Origin: Bergeyella sp.
GTDB lineage: Bacteria; Bacteroidota; Bacteroidia; Flavobacteriales; Weeksellaceae
Assembly (NCBI GenBank): GCA_049841315.1
Contig: JASGDB010000014.1
Span: 1,697-65,696, forward strand
Direction of reading: 5' to 3'
Length of the DNA stretch: 64,000 bases
Positions 1 through 9,064 of the stretch are shown piece by piece. A program made the position numbers and the translations under genes. The notes beneath the pieces are model-generated. The model had not been told where the DNA came from. It did not search any database and worked only from the letters and a program-made list of their open reading frames with translations. The number at the start of each line of letters is the position of its first letter. Position 1 is the first letter of the stretch.

Positions 1-826
1 CGCGAAGCTCATGTTCCAGAAAATATTCCCGTCCTTTTACCAATCCTGATTTCTCCAGAATACTTTCGAGAATCATTTCGCCCCAGTTTCCCTGAGTTTT
101 GGCTTCGCCTTTCAGTGCTTTCGTTAATTTTTTGGCGTCTTCGGAAATTTGCTGGTTCAGTTCGGCAAGTTCCTTTACTTTTTCGGCAAGGGAAAAACGT
201 TCCTTGTTTTCCTTTTCGTAGGCTTCATTTACACGGTTTTTAAGCTCGGCGATTTTTTCCTGAAAAGGATCAAGAATGGTTTTAAGATTGGTCTGGCTCT
301 GTTCTGCAAATTTTTTGGAATTGTCCTGAAGAATTTTATTGGCGAGATTTTCAAACTGAAGTTTTGCTTCTTCCTGAATTTTAGCGATTTCCTGCTTCTG
401 GGTTTCCAGCGATTTCTGAAGATTTTCATTGATGGCAGACAGCTCGGAATTTTTGGCAAAAACATTCTGTTTTTCAGAAACAAGCTGTTCTATCTGAAAG
501 GTTTGCTTGGAATTGATTTCCTTCTGCTCACCGAATTGCGAGAACAGTGAAGCATGTTCCGCTGAAATTTTAGCAAGGTCGCTTTTCAGTTCATTTAAAA
601 CATTGGTTTGTTGAAGATTGAGCTGTTTTTCATGCTCAACCGATTGATTCAGTTCCACAATTTTTTCGTTTGAATTCTGAAAATCCGACTGCGTACGAAT
701 GAACCGGCTGTTCAGTTCTTCATACAAACGCCTTGAAACCATGGATGATTTCAGAATAAAATACAATATAACAGCACCAAGAATACCGCCCGATAAAAAA
801 CCGGCAATTAAATAGGTCATCTCCAT
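1..826 (-). CDS. rmuC: DNA recombination protein RmuC, N-terminal ~275 aa (gene continues beyond the left edge of the window)
   Basis: It is absent from the ORF track because it is open at position 1. My reverse translation from the ATG at 826 gives MEMTYLIAGFLSGGILGAVILYF (a TM helix). A long Q/E/K/L-rich coiled coil follows, then ...KALKGEAKTQGNWGEMILESILEKSGLVKGREYFLEHELR, the conserved RmuC core motif. Track ORFs 149..550(+) and 229..483(-) lie inside it and look like low-complexity shadows. Confidence 0.8.
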   Translation of the reverse strand, partial: MEMTYLIAGFLSGGILGAVILYFILKSSMVSRRLYEELNSRFIRTQSDFQNSNEKIVELNQSVEHEKQLNLQQTNVLNELKSDLAKISAEHASLFSQFGEQKEINSKQTFQIEQLVSEKQNVFAKNSELSAINENLQKSLETQKQEIAKIQEEAKLQFENLANKILQDNSKKFAEQSQTNLKTILDPFQEKIAELKNRVNEAYEKENKERFSLAEKVKELAELNQQISEDAKKLTKALKGEAKTQGNWGEMILESILEKSGLVKGREYFLEHELR

Positions 827-1138
827 TTTTCAAAATTACGAAAAGAAATTTTCAGTTCATTGAAAAGTGGAAAAATGTTTACGGGGAAAAACCTTATTCT
901 TTATGCTAAATGCGGTATTTAAACTTAAAAAAACACGGAAAACTTTATTTTTCCTCCCTTCACCTATCCGTCCATTACTTTTTTTTATAAATACAAAATA
1001 CCACAAAATAACGATTGAGTATTTTGTAAAAGCCACTATTGTTTGCCAATTTCTTAATCAAATTACGGAAAACGGCTTATATCTTTTAACTGCTGATGAT
1101 TTTTTCTCTTAAATTAGCCCTTTCTTAAACTTAAAAAT

Positions 1139-3361
1139 ATGATGAGTAAAATTAATCGACTTTTAAAATTTGTGTATTTATTGGTAGGGGTCTCCATTCT
1201 CTTTTCATGTCAGGAAGAACGTTTTGCTGACGAAATGGCTGTACCTACTGATATTTCTACTGTTACGACAGGCAAAACCATGTCCTTTTACTGGTCGCCA
1301 GTAGAGGGTGCTACCAGCTATCTGTATGAATTTCGCGAACAAGGAGGAGAAATTATTTCCGGAGAAGTTTCCGAACCAATATGGAGCATTGACGGGATAA
1401 ATCCTCAGGGGAAATACGAATTCAGAGTAAAAGCAGTAAACAAAACTACAAACCGCCAGTCATTATGGTCTGAATGGGGTGTTTTCGACATAACTCAGGC
1501 TGAAGTCGCCTTCCAGTTTAATTCCGGAAGCGGAACAGAAGACGATCCATATATTATCAAAACCGCCGGAGAGCTCGCATTGTTAGCTTCCGTAGTTAAC
1601 CATGAAGTACGTGGTTACAGTGAGTACGGCGTGTATTATAAACTGGAAGCCAATATTGATTTGAAAAATTATTCTAAATGGGAGCCTATTGGTATTGGTG
1701 TGGGTTCAACAATTATCGGGACTGCACAGCCAACGTTAAAAAGTGCTTTCCGAGGGAATTTTAATGGTAACGGATTCACGGTATCCAACCTGCAGGTGGA
1801 TATGACGGCGGATGAAGCGGAAGCCTATGCGGGTCTGTTTGGGCTGAATGTAGGCTGGATTAAAAATGTGAATGTTTCAGGCACTATCAATGCAACGAGC
1901 AACTATACAGGAGGTGGTAATTTAGCAGCAGGAGGTGTTGTTGGTCTTTCATCAATCGGATATGACAGTAATAATCAAATACTTGCGTACACCGGAGGTC
2001 TTGTTGGTAATTCGTTCACAGGAAGCGTGATTGCAAATTCGGGAGCAGATACAAACGGAACTGCAGTAGCCGGCGGCATCTGCGGATATGCGCTTTCCGG
2101 GAATATTGACAACAGTACGGTTGTAATAGAATCCGCTAAATCAATTCATGCCATTTCCGGCATAAGTCCGGCAGCAGGAGGCGTTGTTGCGGTTCAGCAA
2201 GCGGGACGTTTGTCCGTTGCTGATGTAACTGTAGCCGGTAATATTTTAGCAGAATTTACACATACCGATAACGAAAGTACGCCTGCAATAGCAGGAGGTG
2301 TTCTTGGTTATTGCGGAAGACTTCAGGGGCTTGACAACAATCCTGGAGTACAATATTGCAACATCAATGTTTCCGGAACAATCAAAGCGGTTGCTTCCGG
2401 TGATTATTGCCCTTCAACAGCTGGAGCATTAGCGGGATATTCTAATTTCGACATGGCTTTGGCGTGCAACGCTGAAATTTCAGGCTCGATACTGGCAGAA
2501 GGTGAAGACGCCATCTTTGCAGGTGGTTTGATTGGAGGAATGCTTTACGGAAACGGAGGTGCCAACTCTCTAAATAACAGCAATGTAGTAATTAAAAGCA
2601 GTGGTTTGGTTTCAGGGAAACAGACCGCTTCAAGTGTAGTATCTCTGTCATCCGGTACATACGTTGGCGGCATGGTAGGAGGATTAGGCAACAATGCGCC
2701 CGGTGTTCTCGTAACTTGTTCGGTAGTTAGCGATGGCAAAATATATGCTTCCAATGCTTCTACAGGAAGCCATGCTACTGCATGCGGAGGTGTAATTGGA
2801 ATGTCCAGCACATCTGTTGGAAGTTCTTGCGTAATGGGTTCAAACGCTGTGTTGGAAGCTTCGGGCAAAGTACTCTACGTGGGTGGTGTTTCCGGTGGAT
2901 TCAGAGGTACCTATTCCAAGCAATTCATTGGTAATTATGCTGTTATTGACGGAAAAATCAAAACAAGCTATGCTTCGGGTGCTTATACAGCCAATATCGG
3001 CGGGCTTTCCGGATTTATTAACGGACTTCGTGTAGGTACGGTTTGGCAAACTGCTCCGGTAAAAGGATGTTATTCTGTTTTCAGAGGTACAATAGAAAAT
3101 GAATCAAGTGGTACTGTTACCATAGGAGCAATCTCCGGACTGGTAACCAGAGGGGTATTTACAAATAATTACTGGTGGTCCACCACAGCAGGAATGCCGG
3201 CTGTAGCAGGTGATTCTCCGAGCGGAGTAACCCAGTTTTCAAGTATCACCGAATCAGGATTTAATGAAGCTAAAGAAGTTATGAATCCTACGCTTACAGA
3301 AAATAATTACTTGAGACAATATGTTTACGACTCTTCCAAAGGATATTTGATTTTACTGTAA
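1139..3361 (+). CDS. Surface lipoprotein with an FN3-like N-terminal module and a long array of GLUG-type glycine-rich repeats
   Basis: 740-aa track ORF. It has a lipoprotein-type signal (LLVGVSILFSC/QEE) and an FN3-like segment (SFYWSPVEGATSYLYEF...YEFRVKAVN). More than 10 repeats of the A-G-G-[VIL]-x-G pattern follow (AAGGVVGL, AGGICGY, AAGGVVAV, AGGVLGY, AGGLIGG, GGMVGG, GGVIGM, GGVSGG). No T9SS C-terminal domain was recognised. Confidence 0.7.
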   Translation: MMSKINRLLKFVYLLVGVSILFSCQEERFADEMAVPTDISTVTTGKTMSFYWSPVEGATSYLYEFREQGGEIISGEVSEPIWSIDGINPQGKYEFRVKAVNKTTNRQSLWSEWGVFDITQAEVAFQFNSGSGTEDDPYIIKTAGELALLASVVNHEVRGYSEYGVYYKLEANIDLKNYSKWEPIGIGVGSTIIGTAQPTLKSAFRGNFNGNGFTVSNLQVDMTADEAEAYAGLFGLNVGWIKNVNVSGTINATSNYTGGGNLAAGGVVGLSSIGYDSNNQILAYTGGLVGNSFTGSVIANSGADTNGTAVAGGICGYALSGNIDNSTVVIESAKSIHAISGISPAAGGVVAVQQAGRLSVADVTVAGNILAEFTHTDNESTPAIAGGVLGYCGRLQGLDNNPGVQYCNINVSGTIKAVASGDYCPSTAGALAGYSNFDMALACNAEISGSILAEGEDAIFAGGLIGGMLYGNGGANSLNNSNVVIKSSGLVSGKQTASSVVSLSSGTYVGGMVGGLGNNAPGVLVTCSVVSDGKIYASNASTGSHATACGGVIGMSSTSVGSSCVMGSNAVLEASGKVLYVGGVSGGFRGTYSKQFIGNYAVIDGKIKTSYASGAYTANIGGLSGFINGLRVGTVWQTAPVKGCYSVFRGTIENESSGTVTIGAISGLVTRGVFTNNYWWSTTAGMPAVAGDSPSGVTQFSSITESGFNEAKEVMNPTLTENNYLRQYVYDSSKGYLILL

Positions 3362-3385
3362 AATCAAATTCTGAATAAAAAAAGG

Positions 3386-3417
3386 CAGCCGGATTTTTTA
3401 GTCCGGCTGTTTTTTTT
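3386..3417. terminator. Bidirectional rho-independent terminator between convergent genes
   Basis: The stem is cagccgga (3386-3393) paired with tccggctg (3402-3409). An A-run lies upstream and a T-run (3410-3417) downstream. It sits between the stop at 3361(+) and the stop at 3454(-). Confidence 0.75.
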
Positions 3418-3453
3418 ATGGTTACTTTCTCAGCAAAACCTTACTGCAAAGTA

Positions 3454-3966
3454 TTATGGATTTTCTTCGGCAATTTTTGTATGAAAAGGCAGATACATCG
3501 GAAGCGCAGCAGAACCATACCACGGAAGAATTTCATAATCGAAAATTCCTTCTCTCACGGTCGGGTCGTCTTTGAGAAAATTTTCGGTTTCTTCTTTGGT
3601 TTTTGTATTAAAGATAAAAATTCCCCGATACTGCAAATTGTTATCTCCGAAAGGTCCAGCTATAGTAAGTTTCCCTTCATCGGATAATTTTTTCATGTTG
3701 GAAAAATGCCCTTTGAAAAGCTCACTCCTCTTATTTTTATCTGTAATTTTAGAGTCGTTTTCTCCTGTTTTTAAAATCACGAGGAAATAATTTTTCATTC
3801 CGTATTTATCCGCACCGAGAGAATCCGCCAGCTTTTTATTGAAGCCTTTGATTTCCTGAGCGGAAGATGCCAAACTCTTTCCGTTTTTTCCGTCATTTCC
3901 TCTTGTAATAATACAAGATGTAAGGATAAGAGAGCCAGAAATGAGATAAAACAAATTTTTATACAT
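3454..3966 (-). CDS. YciI-family (dimeric alpha/beta barrel) lipoprotein
   Basis: 170 aa. Signal plus lipobox (LILTSC). The remainder (NYFLVILKTGEND...LFKGHFSNMKKLSDEGKLTIAGPFGD...GIFIFNTKTKEE...DPTVREGIFDYEILPWYGS) fits the YciI-like pattern. Confidence 0.6.
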   Translation of the reverse strand: MYKNLFYLISGSLILTSCIITRGNDGKNGKSLASSAQEIKGFNKKLADSLGADKYGMKNYFLVILKTGENDSKITDKNKRSELFKGHFSNMKKLSDEGKLTIAGPFGDNNLQYRGIFIFNTKTKEETENFLKDDPTVREGIFDYEILPWYGSAALPMYLPFHTKIAEENP

Positions 3967-3971
3967 GATGA

Positions 3972-5147
3972 TTAGTCTTTTATTCTTAAAAATTCTTTTG
4001 CCAGTTCAATCAGTTTCGGGTCTCCGGTGTGTTTTCCGGGTTCATCGGAAAGTTTTATGGTCGGAATCCATTCTTTATTCAAAGCCTGAACGCCCATCAG
4101 TTTCATCACGATATTCATCGGCTTCAGTCCGACATCGTTCGTTAAATTCGTTCCGATTCCGAAAGAAATTCCGATTTTTCCTTTACAGTAATTCGTAATT
4201 TCCTCTACTTTTTCCAGATTCAGACCGTCTGAAAAAATGATGTATTTGTAAAGCGGATTAATTCCGTTGTCCTGATAATGCTTAATGGTTTTATCGGCAA
4301 AAACGAGCGGGTCTCCGCTGTCGTGGCGCACGCCGTCAAACAATTTCGAGAATTTTTTATCAAACTGCTGAAAGAAAACATCCGTGGTAAACGTATCGGA
4401 AAGTGCCACTCCCAAATCGCCTCTGTACACATCTACCCAGTGTTCCAGCGCAATCTGGTTTGCCATTTTGAATCCGAATTCCGCAGCGTGAAACATAAAC
4501 CATTCGTGTGCATGTGTTCCGATTGGTTTTACCCCATATTTCATGGCAAAATGAATATTGGAAGTCCCGATAAACATCGAGCCTTTTTTCTTCAGGGCAT
4601 CGACCACCATGTCATGAACTTTATAGGAATGTCTTCTTCTCGTCCCGAACTCTGCAAAGGTTACGCCCAAGTTATTCAACTGATTGGCTTTGTCTAAAGT
4701 CCTTCCAATAACAGTTTCATTGGAATCCCGTTCCAGATGGTTCATTTCGTAATGCAGCTCCGAAATCAGCGACAGAAGCGGAACTTCCCACAAAATCGTT
4801 CTGTACCATAATCCTTCTACCGTAACTTTCAGGTCATTTCCCGTCTGTTCGATTTGCACTTCCGAAGGGTCATAACGATAGCCTTCCAGAAAATCGAGAT
4901 AAGGCAAATCAATGTAAGGGCAGGTTTTCGCCATGAATTTCTTTTCCTCTTTGGTAAGCCTCAATTCCGCCATGGCATTTACGGCTTCACGCAGAGCCTT
5001 ATCAAAACCATCGGGGAAATAATGCTTTCCTCGGTTGATAAATTCGTATTTTACGATTTGGCTCGGGAACAGCTTTACCACTGCGTTCTGCATGGTGATT
5101 TTATAAAAATCGTTGTCCAGAATGGAATTTAAAATAGATGTTGACAT
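3972..5147 (-). CDS. pncB: Nicotinate phosphoribosyltransferase
   Basis: 391 aa. The N-terminus ILDNDFYKITMQ..., FGTRRRHS and the HAHEWFM motif are characteristic of PncB. Confidence 0.9.
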   Translation of the reverse strand: MSTSILNSILDNDFYKITMQNAVVKLFPSQIVKYEFINRGKHYFPDGFDKALREAVNAMAELRLTKEEKKFMAKTCPYIDLPYLDFLEGYRYDPSEVQIEQTGNDLKVTVEGLWYRTILWEVPLLSLISELHYEMNHLERDSNETVIGRTLDKANQLNNLGVTFAEFGTRRRHSYKVHDMVVDALKKKGSMFIGTSNIHFAMKYGVKPIGTHAHEWFMFHAAEFGFKMANQIALEHWVDVYRGDLGVALSDTFTTDVFFQQFDKKFSKLFDGVRHDSGDPLVFADKTIKHYQDNGINPLYKYIIFSDGLNLEKVEEITNYCKGKIGISFGIGTNLTNDVGLKPMNIVMKLMGVQALNKEWIPTIKLSDEPGKHTGDPKLIELAKEFLRIKD

Positions 5148-5231
5148 AGCGGATGTTATCTGTCAAAAATAAAAAAATCGCTTCAAATGAAACGATTTTA
5201 AAATGATAAAGTGTAATTTATTTTACAGAGA

Positions 5232-5708
5232 TTATTTTCCAAGATAAGAATTGTACATCCATACTTCTTTTTCCTGTTCGGTGATATAGTCGCTCATTTG
5301 GGAATTCGTTCCCTCGTCTCCCGCCTCATCCGTGATGTCCAGAAGTTCACGCTGAAGGTCGATTACGGTTTTGAAAGAAGCCAGAATATTTTCCACACAT
5401 TTGTTGGCATCGCTTACCTCTTTACTTTCTTTAATGGCGGATGTTGCCAGATAATCCGAATAATTATGGTTCGGCGTGGCTCCCAATGTAAGGATTCTTT
5501 CTGCGATTTCGTCGATTTTCAGGACAAGGCTGTCGTACAGCTCCTCAAATTTCGGATGCAGGGTAAAGAACTGCTCTCCTTTGATGTTCCAGTGCGCTCC
5601 TCTCGTATTCTGATAAAATACGGAATAATTGGCGAGAAGGATATTCAGTTTTTCTGCGATTTTTTTACAGTCGGCTTCTTTAAGCCCTATAATGCTTGAA
5701 TTTTTCAT
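5232..5708 (-). CDS. dps: Dps-family DNA-protection/ferritin-like protein
   Basis: 158 aa. NYSVFYQNTRGAHWNIKGEQFFTLHPKFEELYD...IDEIAERI is the typical Dps ferroxidase-site region. Confidence 0.9.
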   Translation of the reverse strand: MKNSSIIGLKEADCKKIAEKLNILLANYSVFYQNTRGAHWNIKGEQFFTLHPKFEELYDSLVLKIDEIAERILTLGATPNHNYSDYLATSAIKESKEVSDANKCVENILASFKTVIDLQRELLDITDEAGDEGTNSQMSDYITEQEKEVWMYNSYLGK

Positions 5709-5813
5709 TTTTTCTAAATTTTAGTATCTACAAAGTTAGAGCAAAATGAATGAAAACAGAAAATTTCCGCATTGAACCTTTCGATAATGAAGGTAATTTT
5801 TTTTAATTATAAA

Positions 5814-7439
5814 TTAATGCTTAATCCACTTGAATGTTTTGAATCCTTGCTCTGTTTTAAGGGAAATCATATAAACTCCCGAAGGCAGATGCTTTACGTC
5901 AATTTTACTTTCTTTAGAAGTGAAAAGCAGTTTTCCGCTTAAATCATATATTGCGGATGATTCCACTTTCATATTGTCTGAACGGATATTGAGAAAATCT
6001 GTTGTCGGATTAGGATAAATGCCAATTCCTCTGTTGATTTCTTCTGTTCCGAGACCATCTTCTAATGTAATCGGCTCACGGAAAAAGGAAACTTCCAAAA
6101 GATATTCCGGAAAATTTTTCAGATAATAGGCTTCCATGGTGTACTGTGCATAATCTTCCTGCTCAACGCTGTTGATAGAATACACAGGAACATGAACTCC
6201 GATGTTTTCACCCAGATTTCTGAACCAGCTGTACTGATATTCATCTCCCGAAAGCGACTGCGTGAGCGAAATGCTTCCTCCGACTGGAGCATAAACCGTT
6301 TCAGGCTCGTCGTATCTTTGCGGAGAATAGGTGAAATCCGCCATTTCATTTCCAAGCTGAAGAAAATTACCGAGCTGTGCCAGCGTGTACTTGTTGTTTT
6401 CCAGAAAAGTAAGCGCCGGAACTCCCGAAGGAATATTCCCCGAAAGATTATTGCTTACAAGAGAAAGCATTTGAAGATGTTCCAGCTGTAATATTTCTGC
6501 CGGAAATTCATTTTCAAAAAGATTGTTATTCAGATACAACTGCTGAAGTTTCTGATTCGCCTGCAAAGCTGAAAGCCCGCCTGAAATTAAATTTCTCCCA
6601 AGATTAAGATGAATAAGTTCCGCCATTCCCGCCAGTTCGGTCGGAACGCCGGAAAGCTGATTTTTTTCAAGGGAAAGCCATTCAAGTTTCGTAAGATTCG
6701 CCAATCCTGACAGATTATTATTGGTGAAAGCATTATTACTCAGATTCAAAGTCGTCAAATTCGGTAAAGTACTGACAGCAGACGGAATTGCAGAAAGCTG
6801 ATTTCCGGAAATATTGAGTTCTTTCAGCGTAGTTTTTCCCGAAAGAGCAGAAAAATCGGTAATGGAATTATTTTGCAGATTAAGAGATTCAATCAGATTA
6901 TACGCAGACAAACGCTGTGGAACGGCTGTCAATCCGAAATTCGCCAAATCCAGAACTTTAGTATTAATAAAATTCTGCAAAAATCCGTTGATATCCGAAA
7001 CCGAAAACTGATTGTTCCCCAAAGAAAGCTCCTCCAGATTGGAAAGCGAAGAAAGCATCAATGATGGGTCTCCCGAAAGCCTGTTGTGGCTGATGTCGAG
7101 CCTGGTAAGCGCTGTTAAACCTGAAATTCCGCCCGAAATTTCTCCTGTAAGATTATTGGAACTCAAATCTAATTTTTCCAATTTGCTGAACACAGAAAGA
7201 TTAGCCGGAAAATTTCCCGATAAAACATTTCCCCTGAGATTGATTTCCGTAACAAAGCCGTTTTTCGTTTTGATGCCGTACCAGTTTTTCGGGTCTTTTT
7301 CAAAATCCCAAGCCTGGCTCCAGCCAGCTCCGTTGGTCGTGTTATACAGCGAAATAAGCGCACTTCTTTCCGCCTCGGAAATACTCCACTGGGCAAATGC
7401 AAAATTGGAAATCAGCAAAAAGAATAAAATTTTCTTCAC
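5814..7439 (-). CDS. Leucine-rich-repeat protein with T9SS C-terminal sorting domain
   Basis: 541 aa. Signal peptide, then about 12 LRRs (LxxLxLxxNxLSGxIP pattern). The C-terminus GIYPNPTTDFLNIRSD...GVYMISLKTEQGFKTFKWIKH is the Por/T9SS secretion tail. Confidence 0.85.
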   Translation of the reverse strand: MKKILFFLLISNFAFAQWSISEAERSALISLYNTTNGAGWSQAWDFEKDPKNWYGIKTKNGFVTEINLRGNVLSGNFPANLSVFSKLEKLDLSSNNLTGEISGGISGLTALTRLDISHNRLSGDPSLMLSSLSNLEELSLGNNQFSVSDINGFLQNFINTKVLDLANFGLTAVPQRLSAYNLIESLNLQNNSITDFSALSGKTTLKELNISGNQLSAIPSAVSTLPNLTTLNLSNNAFTNNNLSGLANLTKLEWLSLEKNQLSGVPTELAGMAELIHLNLGRNLISGGLSALQANQKLQQLYLNNNLFENEFPAEILQLEHLQMLSLVSNNLSGNIPSGVPALTFLENNKYTLAQLGNFLQLGNEMADFTYSPQRYDEPETVYAPVGGSISLTQSLSGDEYQYSWFRNLGENIGVHVPVYSINSVEQEDYAQYTMEAYYLKNFPEYLLEVSFFREPITLEDGLGTEEINRGIGIYPNPTTDFLNIRSDNMKVESSAIYDLSGKLLFTSKESKIDVKHLPSGVYMISLKTEQGFKTFKWIKH

Positions 7440-7627
7440 CTGTTTGTGTTTTTGAAATGCAAATATAATTTTTTTACCACAGATGCACAGCTATTTATAA
7501 ATATTATTTCCGGAACACCTGTTTTTGGTTTTTATACGTGCTGTTTAAAATCATCATACCAGGTCATACGCATTAAAAACATACATATGCTTAGTGTAAA
7601 TGGCTAAAAATCAATTGTTTTATTTTA

Positions 7628-7855
7628 AACGCAATGGTCGCAAAGTTTTTTTACATTATTGAAAATATTTTTCGTCCGCAAAGACTGAACTACGTTCGTA
7701 AACTTTCAGTTTATGTTCAGCGAAGGTTGACTGTTTTTTTTTTGCTGAGTGAAACGCCTTTGCGAACCTTATCACAGTTTGTCTGTTTATAAATTCTTTG
7801 CGAACTTTGCGTTTGGAATTTAAATGCGTTTAGCCTGATTATATGCCTAATTCAA
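7628..7855. repeat. Degenerate intergenic repeat cluster built on CGCAAAG/CTTTGCG motifs, ending in an 18-mer shared with 58256-58273
   Basis: Copies seen are ggtcgcaaagttttt, gtccgcaaagact, cctttgcgaacctt and tctttgcgaactttgcg, in both orientations. The terminal attatatgcctaattcaa (7838-7855) is identical to 58256-58273. Confidence 0.6.
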
Positions 7856-7856
7856 C

Positions 7857-8369
7857 TCAATTCTTAAAAATCGGAACATTGGAACACGCTTCGCCGAACA
7901 TCAGTGATTTTACCAATGGTTTGAGTTTTTCCACGAGTTCTATGTAAGCGTTTTCGGGAATTTCCTTGTCGGAACAGCCTTTTACCAGAACTCTTTTGCC
8001 TTTCAGTTCCGTGAAATCATAATTTTCAATGATGTCGTGCATCAGAATCATTTCCAAATCTTCACGGTTTCCGAAAACGATTTTTTTTGCCGAATCCGTC
8101 AGTTTTGCCGTAATCAGAAAATAAGACCAAAGCGGAACAATCGCATCAGCCGAATTGTAGATGTACACGAAAGAATTTTGATAATCTTCCGCATTCATTT
8201 TCTCCACATTTTCACGGAAATCTTTTTCTTTTAAAATCAAACCTTCCCAAAGAAACTCTTTTAAATCGATTCCCTTTCTTTCGCCTTTCGGAACAAGTTC
8301 GGAAAGGTCGAAATTGACGAGGCTTGTATTTTCGGCGACTTTATTTCTTATTTCAAAATTCTCTGACAT
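7857..8369 (-). CDS. DUF2480-like conserved flavobacterial protein
   Basis: The track ORF runs 7857..8396. I prefer the ATG at 8369 (MSENFEIRNKVAENTSLVNFDLSELVPKGERKGIDLKEFL...), which is the usual N-terminus of this family. The function is unknown. Confidence 0.7.
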   Translation of the reverse strand: MSENFEIRNKVAENTSLVNFDLSELVPKGERKGIDLKEFLWEGLILKEKDFRENVEKMNAEDYQNSFVYIYNSADAIVPLWSYFLITAKLTDSAKKIVFGNREDLEMILMHDIIENYDFTELKGKRVLVKGCSDKEIPENAYIELVEKLKPLVKSLMFGEACSNVPIFKN

Positions 8370-8454
8370 TTTATATTCTTGTCTTTGATTCAGCAAATTT
8401 AGTTTAAAATCCTTTGACCTCGTTGTTTAAAAATTCTTATCCGATTTTTTTTTA

Positions 8455-8462
8455 TAAATTTG
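8455..8462 (+). promoter_or_regulatory. Putative -7 promoter box (TAAATTTG) for the antitoxin/YoeB operon
   Basis: It is a perfect match to the Bacteroidota sigma-A -7 consensus TAnnTTTG, about 48 nt upstream of the ATG at 8511. Confidence 0.4.
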
Positions 8463-8510
8463 TTTCGTAAAGAACAATAACCTCATTATAACAAAGCAAA
8501 AAACAACATT

Positions 8511-8735
8511 ATGGAAACTATGGTCGTATATCCGAAAAGCGAAAAACAAAAATCACTACTCGCTTCCTTGCTTGATGAGATGAAGATACGTTTTGAAATT
8601 GCGAAAACGGAAGACGATACAAAAATGACCAAAGAAGAATTTTATGCTATGGTTGATGCCGCAAAACAAGAAGCAAGAGAGGGAAAAGTGCATATTCTAA
8701 CTCCTGAAAAGCAAAAAGAACTTTTAGGACTATGA
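8511..8735 (+). CDS. Putative antitoxin (possibly DUF2683-type) partnered with YoeB-like toxin
   Basis: 74 aa. It overlaps the toxin gene by 4 bp (ATGA). The N-terminal motif LLASLLDEMKIRFEI recurs in the second antitoxin of this window (LLERILEKMKIRFEF, 39601..39828). Confidence 0.65.
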   Translation: METMVVYPKSEKQKSLLASLLDEMKIRFEIAKTEDDTKMTKEEFYAMVDAAKQEAREGKVHILTPEKQKELLGL

Positions 8736-9001
8736 GTTATGAAATTCAATATACCAATAAAGCCAAAAATGGTTTTGAGCGACATAAAAAATCAGGTAAC
8801 AAAAAATTATTGCTTAAAATCAACGAATTATTGAATGAACTAAAAGAACACCCAACATTCGGAACCGGCAAACCGGAGCAACTGAAACATTACGAAATCC
8901 CTACTTATTCCCGCAGAATTTCGGGAGAACACAGGTTGGTTTATGAAATCCACGATGAGGTAGTAACCGTTTTGGTGCTTTCTGCTTACGGACATTATTA
9001 G
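8732..9001 (+). CDS. yoeB: Type II toxin, Txe/YoeB family
   Basis: 89 aa. The pattern ...HKKSGNKKLLLKINELLNELKEHPTFGTGKPEQLK...YSRRISGEHRLVYEI.DEVVTVLVLSAYGHY is the YoeB pattern, including the C-terminal GHY. Confidence 0.85.
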   Translation: MSYEIQYTNKAKNGFERHKKSGNKKLLLKINELLNELKEHPTFGTGKPEQLKHYEIPTYSRRISGEHRLVYEIHDEVVTVLVLSAYGHY

Positions 9002-9063
9002 TTAGCCTGTTCTTTTACCAATCCGCTTTCGGCATTATTTTTTATTTCAAAATTTTCCTGCAT
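9001..9063 (-). pseudogene. Displaced, diverged copy of the 5' end of the DUF2480 gene (21-codon remnant)
   Basis: My translation from the ATG at 9063 is MQENFEIKNNAESGLVKEQAN-stop. The functional gene begins MSENFEIRNKVAENTSLV. In the first 12 aligned codons, 30 of 36 nt are identical, with a one-codon indel. The leader TTTAT..TC after the start codon is also shared. Confidence 0.7.
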
Positions 9064-9064
9064 T

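Noticed and set aside
149-550. Track ORFs 149..550(+) and 229..483(-), 133 and 84 aa
   Set aside because: Both lie entirely within the open minus-strand frame that encodes a convincing RmuC N-terminus (1..826). Their translations are low-complexity F/K/L-rich strings typical of off-frame reads through a coiled-coil gene.
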